From positions 36,103-100,102 of the forward strand of contig CAZNEE010000002.1 of the NCBI GenBank assembly GCA_964572255.1: DNA of 64,000 nucleotides, given 5' to 3'. Origin of the DNA: an uncultured Planctomycetia bacterium (lineage in GTDB: Bacteria > Omnitrophota > Gorgyraeia > Tantalellales > Tantalellaceae). A model generated the notes under the pieces. The model made no database searches. It worked only from the letters and a program-made list of their open reading frames with translations, and was not told where the DNA came from. A program made the translations under genes and the position numbers. Numbering within the stretch: the stretch's first letter is position 1; every line of letters starts with the position of its first letter. Shown here piece after piece: positions 53,653 to 63,475 of this stretch.

Positions 53653-55251
53653 TTACTTTGGATATGAATAAAAACGAACGGGAGAGTTGTATGGTCCGAT
53701 TATTAAAAGCCATGCTTTTCGGCCTTTGAAATATTTCAACAATTTCCGGTTGTTTTCCTGATCCATCTCGCGGGCCCATACAATACTGGATCTGTCTATA
53801 TCGGCCTCATTATAAACCCATTCATCGCGGGGATCGTGGCCCTCCACATAACGAACGATGACCAGATGATCTCCTCCCTCTTTTTTCAATCCTTTTACAA
53901 GCTCTGTTATCTGTATATTTTGATAATGTTTCCTGAGATACTTCTGCGAAGGGAGATCGGTGAATTTCCTGACAAATAATCCGATGCATATTATCAGGAT
54001 CAAACTTACAATATATTTCCCAATATAATTCCGGCTTATTCGCACACGGGATATTACACGTAATCCCTGCATAATAAGCAAAAATACAAGACAAACTATG
54101 GGCGCCGTATAGTATGTATTAAAAAATGTTGAAAAGATAGTAGCCACTAAATAAATTAAAATCGTAAAGCACGCAAAACGCAGCCATCGATCACGGAATA
54201 TCCAAAACAATGCACATATAATAGGAATTCCTAAAATAACGCTGCCGAAAAATGTCCACATCGTTTTGAGTTTCCATATAGTCGTGCCCGTAAAGCCTTC
54301 CGGTGATAAATATCTTTCATATCGTTTCATCCTTAAATATCTTTGAAAATCAGAAATGACCTTATGGTTGTAAGTCCGGTTCAGTCTTGGTTCCTGCCAT
54401 ATAAAATGAGGTGCAATGTCATAAGTTTCTTGATGTACCTGATAAGATGTGAGGAATGCATTCCCAGTAACTCGATAATTATAATAACCCATAGCAGCAA
54501 ATATAATAATGATCACCGTTGCAATGGGCGTTATCGCAGTATTAAAAATTTCTTTGAATTTACCTTTTGTGGCTCTTTGTATTATAAATACAATTAACAC
54601 CACAAGAGCTGGTGCACAAACTACAAAGCCCTCCCATGGCCTGCTATTCGCCATAACAGCCAAACCTAATGCAAGAACAAGTGAGATCTTAAAATCAGGC
54701 TTTCTGATCAAGCGCCGCCATGCACCAAAAAATAAAGCGCCGCCAAAAGCAGCAACAGCGCCACCCATATAACTTTGACCCCAGTAACTTGCTATTCCAA
54801 GATATAGATGAAATATTGAGATCAATCCCCCTATTAACGCCCACCTGGCAGGAATCCATGCCTGCAGCATCCAGGTTATTGCCGCGCACATGAGCGCCAT
54901 ACTTAACCAAACGCCAACAATAGGATATCCCGTAAGAACCTGCCCCAAAGCAAGAAAAAGGCCCTGCCCCGGAGGGAACTTGGAAGCATAGGTCGGCTGC
55001 TGATTAATATGAAAACTTTCAAAATGGACCCACATAGGGTGAGTCGGATTAGTCAAGCGCCCTTGACTAAATGTATCGGCAGCCAATAGATAGCTGTGCT
55101 CATCAGTAAAATATGGTTCCGGAACTCCTTTAGTAAGAGTGATGATCGCGCTTCCGGCAAATGCGAGAACAAAAACGAGAATAACCGAAGCCGTCCTGCG
55201 CCTGGCAAAACGTCCGAATTGACGCCAAATCATATGAGGAAAATTAATCAT
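53653..55251 (-). CDS. GT-C fold polyprenyl-phosphate-sugar-dependent glycosyltransferase (ArnT GT83 / PMT GT39-like).
   Basis: About 11-12 TM helices. DE motif in the first periplasmic loop (YFTDEHSY). 532 aa. AT-rich codon usage. Confidence 0.75.
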   Translation of the reverse strand: MINFPHMIWRQFGRFARRRTASVILVFVLAFAGSAIITLTKGVPEPYFTDEHSYLLAADTFSQGRLTNPTHPMWVHFESFHINQQPTYASKFPPGQGLFLALGQVLTGYPIVGVWLSMALMCAAITWMLQAWIPARWALIGGLISIFHLYLGIASYWGQSYMGGAVAAFGGALFFGAWRRLIRKPDFKISLVLALGLAVMANSRPWEGFVVCAPALVVLIVFIIQRATKGKFKEIFNTAITPIATVIIIIFAAMGYYNYRVTGNAFLTSYQVHQETYDIAPHFIWQEPRLNRTYNHKVISDFQRYLRMKRYERYLSPEGFTGTTIWKLKTMWTFFGSVILGIPIICALFWIFRDRWLRFACFTILIYLVATIFSTFFNTYYTAPIVCLVFLLIMQGLRVISRVRISRNYIGKYIVSLILIICIGLFVRKFTDLPSQKYLRKHYQNIQITELVKGLKKEGGDHLVIVRYVEGHDPRDEWVYNEADIDRSSIVWAREMDQENNRKLLKYFKGRKAWLLIIGPYNSPVRFYSYPK

Positions 55252-56146
55252 AGCCTCTTTTAAAGTTTTTCGGTAACACCTCGCTCACAGGACGTGCCTT
55301 AAACCCCAGATCCTTCTGAGCCTCAGACGGATCAAGATCAGCATCCTGAATTATGCCGGCTATCATCTGCGGCCTGAGCGGAGGGTGCTTCATGGAAATT
55401 TTCATAAAAAAAGCAATAAAATAACATAACCAGGCCGGCAGGCGGATTATCGGTTTATTTGACATGCCCATCAACTTCAGGCAAAGGCGCGTGAAATCAA
55501 GTATCGATATGACTTCACTTCCGCTAAAGTTATAAATTTTCCCGTATGCGTTTTTATTCCCGTACACCGCCAAAAGCCCTTCAGCTATGTCGTCTACATG
55601 AACTGGTCTTTTTTTAGCTTCACCCTTACCGATAAACGGAACTATGGGGAACTTTTTCAAATAATCCAGATAATTGTTGAACTCTTCCCCTCCAGTATCG
55701 CTGTAAACCAGTGTGGGCCTTATAACAGTATAGTTAAGACCGGACGCTCTTACGATCTCTTCGGCTTTCCATTTTGACAGGTTGTATGCCGCTTTCTTCG
55801 GATAAACAACGGAAGCGGATGAGATATACACGAAATGTTCAACGCCCGCATCTTTAGCCTCCTCAACAATATTCCTTGTCCCGTTAACATTCACTCTTTC
55901 GAACACGCCTTCATCCAAACTTAAAATAACAGCGGCTAAATGGTAAACAGTGGAAACTCCTTTACATATTCCTTTAATGTTCTCTTTATTTGATATGTCG
56001 CCGTACCGTACATCCACCCGCGCGTCTCTTTCAAGCGGCGTTCTGTCGGAAGGTAGGGCAAGAACACGGATCCTGTGCCCTTCTTTAAGCCACTCGTCAA
56101 CGAGTCTCGTCCCTATTACCCCGGTCCCGCCGGTTATAAGGATCAT
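55244..56146 (-). CDS. NAD(P)-dependent sugar epimerase/reductase (extended SDR).
   Basis: MILITGGTGVIG Rossmann motif. YxxxK in NLSKWKAEE. Confidence 0.8.
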   Translation of the reverse strand: MILITGGTGVIGTRLVDEWLKEGHRIRVLALPSDRTPLERDARVDVRYGDISNKENIKGICKGVSTVYHLAAVILSLDEGVFERVNVNGTRNIVEEAKDAGVEHFVYISSASVVYPKKAAYNLSKWKAEEIVRASGLNYTVIRPTLVYSDTGGEEFNNYLDYLKKFPIVPFIGKGEAKKRPVHVDDIAEGLLAVYGNKNAYGKIYNFSGSEVISILDFTRLCLKLMGMSNKPIIRLPAWLCYFIAFFMKISMKHPPLRPQMIAGIIQDADLDPSEAQKDLGFKARPVSEVLPKNFKRGYD

Positions 56147-56904
56147 TCGGAGCCTCCCTCATGCTCTTTACACAATCTCCGATAATGCCCTGAAAGATAT
56201 TTGAACATCACCCCTAATATCCTGAAACCATAAGTTATGGGATTAAGGTATGATACTTCATCGGCATAGCGCGTTGGTATCGGATGCTCTCCTATTCCCA
56301 GGCCAAGCGTTCTGGCGCATGCTATGACCTCGACATCGAAATCAAAACTTTCACTTAATCTATCAAATGGTATATTGTCAAGCGCTCTTCGGCTGTAAAA
56401 AATAAAACCGCTGTGATAATCTGTCAGCTTAAGCCGAAAAACAATGTTTTCGAAAAAGGTAAGGGCCCGGTTTGCAATAAACTTATATAACGGCATCTTG
56501 CCCGAAAGAGCCGTGCCTGAAGAGATGCGGGAACCCTGAAGAATATCGTACCCCTTTTTTTTCATTGTCTCAACGCAGGCAGGAATATATTCCGGAGGAT
56601 ACTGGCCGTCCGAATGAAGGCAAACAGCCGCGTCAGAACCGTCATCTCTAGATAGTTCAAGTCCCTTTTTGACGGCAACACCATATCCCCGGTTTTTATC
56701 AAAATGAACAGCCTTTATGGTGTCTATTCTCCGCGCAAGTCCATCAATTACCTTACGTGTATCGTCTTCGGAACCATCGTTTATGATCCATATCGACGCT
56801 ATATTTCCCCTTATATCTTCAGGAATACGGTTTATTACGTTTTCGATATGACGGGCAGCATTGTATGCGGGCATGAAAATGGATATTTTATTTTCAAGGG
56901 GCAT
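56143..56904 (-). CDS. GT2 polyprenyl-phosphate glycosyltransferase (ArnC/DPM1-like).
   Basis: ISIFMPAYN, INDGSEDDT and DGQYPPEY motifs of the GT2 family. 253 aa with no C-terminal TM helix. Confidence 0.8.
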   Translation of the reverse strand: MPLENKISIFMPAYNAARHIENVINRIPEDIRGNIASIWIINDGSEDDTRKVIDGLARRIDTIKAVHFDKNRGYGVAVKKGLELSRDDGSDAAVCLHSDGQYPPEYIPACVETMKKKGYDILQGSRISSGTALSGKMPLYKFIANRALTFFENIVFRLKLTDYHSGFIFYSRRALDNIPFDRLSESFDFDVEVIACARTLGLGIGEHPIPTRYADEVSYLNPITYGFRILGVMFKYLSGHYRRLCKEHEGGSE

Positions 56905-57991
56905 TTTCTTGTACGCCTTTTAGTTTATACTTCTCGACATAATAGGTTATGGTCTCGCGAAGGGTCTGTTCAAGATCGTATCTCGGTTCCCACCCGAGAA
57001 GATTGCGGACTTTCGAGAAATCCCCCACCCTTCTGTCGCTGTCCTGGTAACCTTCACCGTAAAACTCTTTTGATGAGACGTTCTCCGTGCGAAAAGAAGA
57101 GTCTTTCCCTTGAGGATAAACTTCCTTGTATATAGTTATCATCTGCTGGGCAAGATTTTTTATTGTGGTTTCATTGTGGGGGTTCCCTACATTAAAGATT
57201 TGCCCTTTCGCTTTTTCAGGTTTTTTTATCATCAGCTCAATAGCATCAACAGCATCTTCGATATAGGTAATGGTTCTCTTACTTTCTCCGCCGTCGACAA
57301 GCTGAAGAGGCCTGTCCAAAAGAAGGTCACCTATAAAACATGCCATAACCCTCGGCGTACCTTCACCTTCTATCCCGGGGATATAGTCCATTTCGGGCCC
57401 TATGAAATTAAAAGGGCGAATGATCGTATAATCAAGTTCTTTCTCAAAATTATACGCATAAATAATGCGTTCTAAAAGTTCCTTAGCGCATGCATAGATC
57501 CACCTCTGGATGCGAACCGGTCCGAGAACAAGGGGCGTAGTCTCTTCTTTAAGCAGGAAATAATCAAGATCTCCCTTTTCATCCTTATCCTTCAGGAAAC
57601 GTGAAAGAGTCATTCCGTAAACCTCGCAAGTAGAAAAATGCACCAGCCACTTCTTGTACTTGTGGCACATCTTCACAAGCTCCAGGGAATGCAAGAAATT
57701 GATCTCAACAACTTCTAATGGAATTTTATTGTAAAGAGCTGGATTACATAAAGCCGCAAGCGAGATCACACAATCACTTTTTTCAACATACTGGCGGAGC
57801 TTTTCACTGTCCTTGATATCGACATTATGATAAGAAAACCTTTCATGTCCCAGGAACTGCTTGATCTTCCTGTCATCTATATCTATGCCGCATATCTTAT
57901 AATTTCCGTCAACAAGAAAACGTTTCACAAGATGCGAGCCGATAAATCCTCCGCAGCCTACCATGCAGATTGTTTCCACTTTTTTACTCAT
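56894..57991 (-). CDS. UDP-glucuronate oxidative decarboxylase-like dehydrogenase (ArnA C-terminal-domain homolog).
   Basis: Strong similarity to the ArnA decarboxylase domain: VGCGGFIGSHLVKRFL...YKICGIDI, ISLAALCNPALY, FSTCEVYGM. Confidence 0.75.
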   Translation of the reverse strand: MSKKVETICMVGCGGFIGSHLVKRFLVDGNYKICGIDIDDRKIKQFLGHERFSYHNVDIKDSEKLRQYVEKSDCVISLAALCNPALYNKIPLEVVEINFLHSLELVKMCHKYKKWLVHFSTCEVYGMTLSRFLKDKDEKGDLDYFLLKEETTPLVLGPVRIQRWIYACAKELLERIIYAYNFEKELDYTIIRPFNFIGPEMDYIPGIEGEGTPRVMACFIGDLLLDRPLQLVDGGESKRTITYIEDAVDAIELMIKKPEKAKGQIFNVGNPHNETTIKNLAQQMITIYKEVYPQGKDSSFRTENVSSKEFYGEGYQDSDRRVGDFSKVRNLLGWEPRYDLEQTLRETITYYVEKYKLKGVQENAP

Positions 57992-58103
57992 AATCTTAGC
58001 CTTTTATTGTGTAAAAATATTTGTAATGTATTAGTATTATACACAAATTTACCATCTTTTTAGAGTATTATCAAATTTTGAGATGTTTTTTTTGCAAGAT
58101 ACG

Positions 58104-58141
58104 GGAGCCAGGCCTATCTAAATGGCCTGGCTCCGTTTTTG
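58104..58141. terminator. Stem-loop/terminator-like hairpin between the TpsA stop and the glycosylation cassette.
   Basis: GGAGCCAGGCC-tatctaaat-GGCCTGGCTCC followed by GTTTTT on the plus strand. The T-tract is on the plus side only, so function on the minus-strand transcript is uncertain. Confidence 0.4.
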
Positions 58142-58150
58142 TATATTAGG

Positions 58151-61100
58151 TTAAAAGATCTGTGCAGTATTTCCTTCCACTTGCACTTCTCCTTTAAATG
58201 CGTCCGGATCGAATTTTTTCTTTTTCCCGGGGCCGAATCCAACTCCCTGAAGCTGGACAATATCGCTCATATCGTCACCCAAAGCAGCTATAGGTACCGG
58301 GAATTCAAGCATAGGAGCGTCAACGATCTTTGCATTCTGACCGCTGTCACTTTCCTGTGTCCAGTTCAGCTGCAGGAACGGTGCCTCGCCCGCGACCGGC
58401 GGTTCTGGAACCACGGGTGTGGGCGGTTCTTCCCCGCATATCCTGCATTCCCTGAGCATTGGAGGCGCGCCCTGGGGCGGCATCCAGATATTCTCAAAAT
58501 CCCAGCATGCAAATGTTGATTGCTGTTTCATTTGGGAATCATCCTTTGCATCGATCCCGCAAAGATCACCGCTATCGGAATCATCCAGCCCTGCATTATG
58601 TGTCGGCGTCTGCAGCCAATAGCAGGAAGAATACGGACCTCCATAGTCATAACCGACAAATCCGCCTGCGGAGCTGCTCGTTATCACTTCTCCCGTTGAA
58701 TAACAATTGGTCGTCGCTGTTCCGCCGCCGTTATACCCGCCGTTCTCATTAAGACCGAACAGTCCTCCTATAGCCCATCCACTTTGAACTGTCACATCCC
58801 CTGTAGCATAGCAATCCGCAACCGGAGTTCTGTCGTTATAACCTACCAATCCGCCAAAATAGGTGCCATCGCAACTGCCGAACACGTCCCCGGTAGCATA
58901 GGACCTGGTTATCTCGGAATTATATGTTTTGCCGACCAGTCCGCCGAATCTGTAAAGACAGCAGCATTCTTCCTCATGCTTTACATCCGCAGTTGAATGA
59001 GAACAATATATCTCAGAATCGTTAAGCCTTCCGACCAGTCCGCCGACGTTATACTCGCCTCTTACGACCCCTCCTGAGGAACATCCCAGGATCCGGCTTT
59101 CTTCCTGTACATCGCCTGCCAAAGCCCCTACATGCGTATCCCCTGTTATATCCGCATTTACAAGATCTACTTTTCCGACCGTAGCATCTACGAGAAGACC
59201 GAAAAGACCGACATTCTCTTCGTACGGCCTGTTTATGTAGAGGTTGCTTATAGTATAGCAGTCGCCGCAGAAAAATCCGGTGAACGGGCCGGTTTCATCG
59301 TCGTCACCCGTATTATCCCCGATGGGCTCAAATCCCAGATAGAACATTTGACCGTTCTGGCCGTTTTGTCCGTTTAGATCAAGGGAAGCTACACAATTAT
59401 AGCCGTACGGATTCCAGGTTTTGGTCGCGCTTGCGTCAATATCATTTGCCAGTTTGAAACTCGCATCAAGCGCGTATTTCATGAACTGTAGTTCATTCAC
59501 GTTGTGTATCAGGAAGTAGCATGCGTCAGGGCCTTCGCACCCTACTCCGCCGTCCGGCAGATGCACCAGCATGTCCTCCCATACAAGATGCGGATAGCTT
59601 CCGACAGTCCAAAGACCCAGAAAATCCCAGCCTTCAAAAGTTGCTTCCTGCTGCATCTCGGTGTTATTTTTCGCTGTGACCCCGGTAAGATCACCGGGAT
59701 CGCCGGAATCCTGCAGGCCTGCATTATGTGCCGGTGTCTGGAGCCAGTAGCATGAAGAATATGGCCCGCCGTAGTTTTCATAACCTACAAAACCTCCGAC
59801 ATTCCAGTTTCCGGTTACCTCTCCGGTAGAATAACATCTCGTTATATTGTAACTGGAAGAGGTATAGCCGTAACCTATAAAACCTCCGACATTATTATCA
59901 CCGTTAACATTTCCCTGTGCGTAACAATCCCGGATAGAAGTTTCATAATTATAGCCGATAAGCCCGCCTATTTCTCCTTGTGTGCAATCTTCATCAACAA
60001 GAGGGAATATTGTGCCTTCACTGCCGCTCTGGGCTGTTTGTCCTGGCGTGTTTATATTTCCTTTTGCATACGATCTGCGTATATCCGAATAACTGGCATG
60101 GCCGACAAGGCCTCCGACATCGTAATCGCCGAAAACCTCCCCGGTCGCACCGGAATGCCTGATATCGGATGAACCGAGAGAACCCACGAGCCCTCCGACG
60201 TACCTATATCCTTTCACCTTGCCCGTCGCATATGAACTCTCGACAGTTGAATCCTCACAATAACCCACTAGGCCCCCGCGATAATCGCGATCGCAATAAT
60301 ATGGATCATATCCTTCATAAACAACATTCGGCAGGACATCGCCCGTTGCGTGACAGCAGGTTATATCGCCGTATTCATTATAACCCACAAGGCCTCCGGC
60401 ATAATCCTGGTCAAAATACACATTCCCAATAGCATAACAATCTATTATAGGCGACGCATAATTATACCCTATAAGGCCTCCGGCATAATTCCCTCCATCC
60501 AACCACCGTGGGCCATACACGTCCCCTGTAGCATAAGAACGGATGATCGTACACATGGCTTCGTAGTTCTGCCCCACAAGGCCGCCTATATATTCTCCTC
60601 CGCGCACTTTGCCTGTTGCGTGGGAATCGGTGATCGTGCCTCCGTAATTATAACCTACCAATCCGCCGACCGCTTGAGCATAATCACCCAGGACCTCACC
60701 GGTAGCATAACAGTTTGTTATCGTTGATGAATTTTCATTACCGCCAACAAGGCCTCCAAGTCCAAATTGATAGTCATAACTCATGCCTTCAACTTTTCCC
60801 GTAGCATGAGAATCTGTGATAGAGGAACTTACATTACGACCCACGAGACCGCCGCCGTATTCTCCATACACTTCAACTGCGCCTGTGGCATAACAATTAA
60901 TGATCGTATCTTCAGCTTCAAAATTTCCTCCTACTAAGCCTCCTACGCAGTCATCGCCTGATACATCGCCCGAGGCATTTGAACCGGTAATTGTGGACCC
61001 TTCGTTATGCCCTATCAATCCTCCGACATAATCACCAGTAGAGCTTACATCTCCCTGAGCAGAACAATTTGTGATCGTGGATCCATCTTCATTATATCCT

Positions 61101-62818
61101 ATGAGTCCTCCAACATAATCAGCATTTCCTTCACCATAATCTCCAATGACCTCGGCATTAGTATGGACATTGGTTATGGGAGTATCTTCATTACGACCCA
61201 CCAAAGCTCCAACATATCTGCCGCCGGTTACATTTCCCTCTAATGTAAGATCTTTTATCCAGGCAGCCTCATCGGTTTGAGCGAATAACCCCACATAATA
61301 GGTAAAGGGCCTGTCGATAGTGAAATTACTTATGGTTTTATTGTTCCCGTCAAAACTTCCTTCAAAATCGCCTCCGATCGGCTCAAATCCCTGGCCGCCG
61401 TTCCAATCCTCTGTCGCAATCGCATCGATGTTATTAGCAAGCTTATAATGCGCATTATCATCGTCATCCACTGCCTGGAGTCCATTTATATCAAAGATCA
61501 AATATGGATCTCCCATGGTCCCTGCGCCCACTTCTCTAACTAACTCGGCATGATAATTTGAGCGGACCGTATCAACGCTGAAAGCTTTTGTGTTGTCTGA
61601 TTCATATTCTATATCAGCAGTATTTGAAGAGTTCAATTCCAAAAGCCCCACATTTGTTATATCCCCGTCAAGCGCTGAATCTTCTCCGGCAAATAATGTT
61701 AGATCAAAACCCCCGCCAGCAAGATCATTGCCCTCCATATCGATAAATCCGTCATTATCTGCATCGCTGTCCGCATTAAGCGTTGTATCGCCCGTCATGT
61801 TTACGTTACCGCCAAGTTCGATATCTTCCACATCATTGTACACACCCGCAATGCTGCCTGCCAGGGTGAGCGCACCATCAAGGTTTTCGAAAAGCGAATC
61901 ACCGACAACGGTCTTTCCGCCAAGCAAACACGATGCGCCTTTCTCAGTCAGAGTTTCAGCTTCCAAAGTCCCAAGGCTTACAACAGCTCCATCAGTATCG
62001 ATATTAACGGTATTTGCTCTTACGAATCCTTCCAAGTTGATAGCTTTAGTAAATATCTCACCGATGCTTTCCGCTTTTAAGATTACAACTCCGCCTTCGG
62101 CATCAATTGTGCCCGTACTTTTTATCTGATCAGTTATCGGGTTGCCTTCATAGTCTTTAATGCCAGAGGCAACTTTTTTATCTATAGCAACAGAGATAAG
62201 ACCACCACCAGAGATATCAAGTTTAACGGCATCACCGGATGCAAGAACTATCTTGCCGATAGGCGCTGTTATTATTCCCTTGTTTTCGATGGCGCCTGCG
62301 ATCAATACACCGAACCCGCCGTCATGGATCTTGATGTCTCCTTCGTTAAGCAATAACTTCTCAGCCTGATCTTCGGTAATCTTCTGAAAAAGATGATTAC
62401 CGCTTAAGAAATCAGAATTGAGTATATCCCGCGTAGACAGAATAAGACCCGCCGCATCGATATTAGCTGCAGGCCCCACATAAATGCCGGAAGGGTTAAC
62501 GAGAATAAATACACCGTTACAACTAAGTCCTCCCATTAACTGACTAGCGGAATCGCCCAACACCCTGTTGAGGATCTCGCTGTCAACGGACGGCAATTTT
62601 ACTACTACCGTTTCATTTTCCATGATGTCAAAAGACGAGTAATTGACAATAGCATTGTCACTCGCCTCGATGACCATGGTCGTCGGATCGGTATACTCGA
62701 TATTCGCCTCTCCGGATACCACCTCCTCGACATTGGGAAGCGGGTAGGTGTTGTACGTACACGTAAATGTAAGCACCAGCACCAGTGAAATCATTTTTGT
62801 TAATTTTGTGATCTTCAT
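58151..62818 (-). CDS. TpsA-type exoprotein: N-terminal TPS secretion domain followed by dozens of ~27-aa GLUG-like repeats in two large duplicated blocks.
   Basis: N-terminal TPS domain (ILNRVLGDSASQLMGGLSCNGVFILVNPSGIYVGPAANIDAAGLILSTRDI, NPNGI-like). Repeats NCYATG.V.G..YVGGLVG.N..S.ITDSHATGKV. Each block ends with SCYWLQTP.HNAGL.DS...TF.(G/C)WDF. GGAGGA Shine-Dalgarno. Confidence 0.8.
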   Translation of the reverse strand: MKITKLTKMISLVLVLTFTCTYNTYPLPNVEEVVSGEANIEYTDPTTMVIEASDNAIVNYSSFDIMENETVVVKLPSVDSEILNRVLGDSASQLMGGLSCNGVFILVNPSGIYVGPAANIDAAGLILSTRDILNSDFLSGNHLFQKITEDQAEKLLLNEGDIKIHDGGFGVLIAGAIENKGIITAPIGKIVLASGDAVKLDISGGGLISVAIDKKVASGIKDYEGNPITDQIKSTGTIDAEGGVVILKAESIGEIFTKAINLEGFVRANTVNIDTDGAVVSLGTLEAETLTEKGASCLLGGKTVVGDSLFENLDGALTLAGSIAGVYNDVEDIELGGNVNMTGDTTLNADSDADNDGFIDMEGNDLAGGGFDLTLFAGEDSALDGDITNVGLLELNSSNTADIEYESDNTKAFSVDTVRSNYHAELVREVGAGTMGDPYLIFDINGLQAVDDDDNAHYKLANNIDAIATEDWNGGQGFEPIGGDFEGSFDGNNKTISNFTIDRPFTYYVGLFAQTDEAAWIKDLTLEGNVTGGRYVGALVGRNEDTPITNVHTNAEVIGDYGEGNADYVGGLIGYNEDGSTITNCSAQGDVSSTGDYVGGLIGHNEGSTITGSNASGDVSGDDCVGGLVGGNFEAEDTIINCYATGAVEVYGEYGGGLVGRNVSSSITDSHATGKVEGMSYDYQFGLGGLVGGNENSSTITNCYATGEVLGDYAQAVGGLVGYNYGGTITDSHATGKVRGGEYIGGLVGQNYEAMCTIIRSYATGDVYGPRWLDGGNYAGGLIGYNYASPIIDCYAIGNVYFDQDYAGGLVGYNEYGDITCCHATGDVLPNVVYEGYDPYYCDRDYRGGLVGYCEDSTVESSYATGKVKGYRYVGGLVGSLGSSDIRHSGATGEVFGDYDVGGLVGHASYSDIRRSYAKGNINTPGQTAQSGSEGTIFPLVDEDCTQGEIGGLIGYNYETSIRDCYAQGNVNGDNNVGGFIGYGYTSSSYNITRCYSTGEVTGNWNVGGFVGYENYGGPYSSCYWLQTPAHNAGLQDSGDPGDLTGVTAKNNTEMQQEATFEGWDFLGLWTVGSYPHLVWEDMLVHLPDGGVGCEGPDACYFLIHNVNELQFMKYALDASFKLANDIDASATKTWNPYGYNCVASLDLNGQNGQNGQMFYLGFEPIGDNTGDDDETGPFTGFFCGDCYTISNLYINRPYEENVGLFGLLVDATVGKVDLVNADITGDTHVGALAGDVQEESRILGCSSGGVVRGEYNVGGLVGRLNDSEIYCSHSTADVKHEEECCCLYRFGGLVGKTYNSEITRSYATGDVFGSCDGTYFGGLVGYNDRTPVADCYATGDVTVQSGWAIGGLFGLNENGGYNGGGTATTNCYSTGEVITSSSAGGFVGYDYGGPYSSCYWLQTPTHNAGLDDSDSGDLCGIDAKDDSQMKQQSTFACWDFENIWMPPQGAPPMLRECRICGEEPPTPVVPEPPVAGEAPFLQLNWTQESDSGQNAKIVDAPMLEFPVPIAALGDDMSDIVQLQGVGFGPGKKKKFDPDAFKGEVQVEGNTAQIF

Positions 62819-62848
62819 CTCTATCCTCCTGTTTAATTAAAAACAAAT

Positions 62849-62885
62849 AAAAAAAACCCATAGCCAAAATGACTATGGGTTTTTA
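62849..62885 (-). promoter_or_regulatory. Terminator-like hairpin inside the TpsA 5' leader (possible attenuator).
   Basis: AAAAAAAACCCATAG-ccaaaatga-CTATGGGTTTTT, about 25 nt upstream of the TpsA Shine-Dalgarno/ATG. A-tract and T-tract on both sides. Confidence 0.45.
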
Positions 62886-63446
62886 AACTTAATACCAAAG
62901 TATATTTTTAAAGCTAAAACTATTTAGCTCTTCTAAACATAATAATCTCTGTAATAAAAATAATTGTTTCATTCTCTCACCTTCGGTAACTGACTGCCCT
63001 GGCCCTAATGGCTTTAGGCTCTTTAGTTTTGCGCCCCTTGTTTTCACAAGGTTTGCCTTTATCGAGCAAGAGCTCGATAAAGCTGCTGAATTATAAAAAA
63101 GCGATTTCTTTCTATCTTTTGTATCTACTAAAAGTATATCATATTTTACTTAAATGTAAAGATTTGCAACTATTTTTTTATATTTTTCTTAATTTTGTTT
63201 TTTTTAACAATTATCTATAACATCTTCACTTCCGCGAAAAAGAACTATACTTGCAAGCCTTTATAAGCCAAAGGCTTTTGAAAAGAGAGTAGTTAGAACC
63301 CTAACGAAATTTTTAAAAAAAGCTAACTTTTTTTAAAAAAATTTTTTGTTGCGATATTTTTTGACTTTTCCTTTGCATGTCTATTTTTTAAAAATCATTG
63401 ATACATAAATTTAGGTTAAGATATAAAATATCTACATATTTAGCTC

Positions 63447-63475
63447 TTGAATTCTCTCTCATTTTAGGTTATAAT
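63447..63475 (+). promoter_or_regulatory. Candidate sigma70 promoter for the plus-strand gene at 63520.
   Basis: TTGAAT-17 nt-TATAAT. A GGGG Shine-Dalgarno lies about 8 nt before the ATG. Confidence 0.4.

Noticed and set aside
58151-62818. Short tandem-looking repeats in the TpsA gene that could be mistaken for a CRISPR array or satellite
   Set aside because: The repeats are imperfect and in-frame, and they encode the GLUG-like protein repeats. There are no fixed-length direct repeats with unique spacers, and no cas genes.
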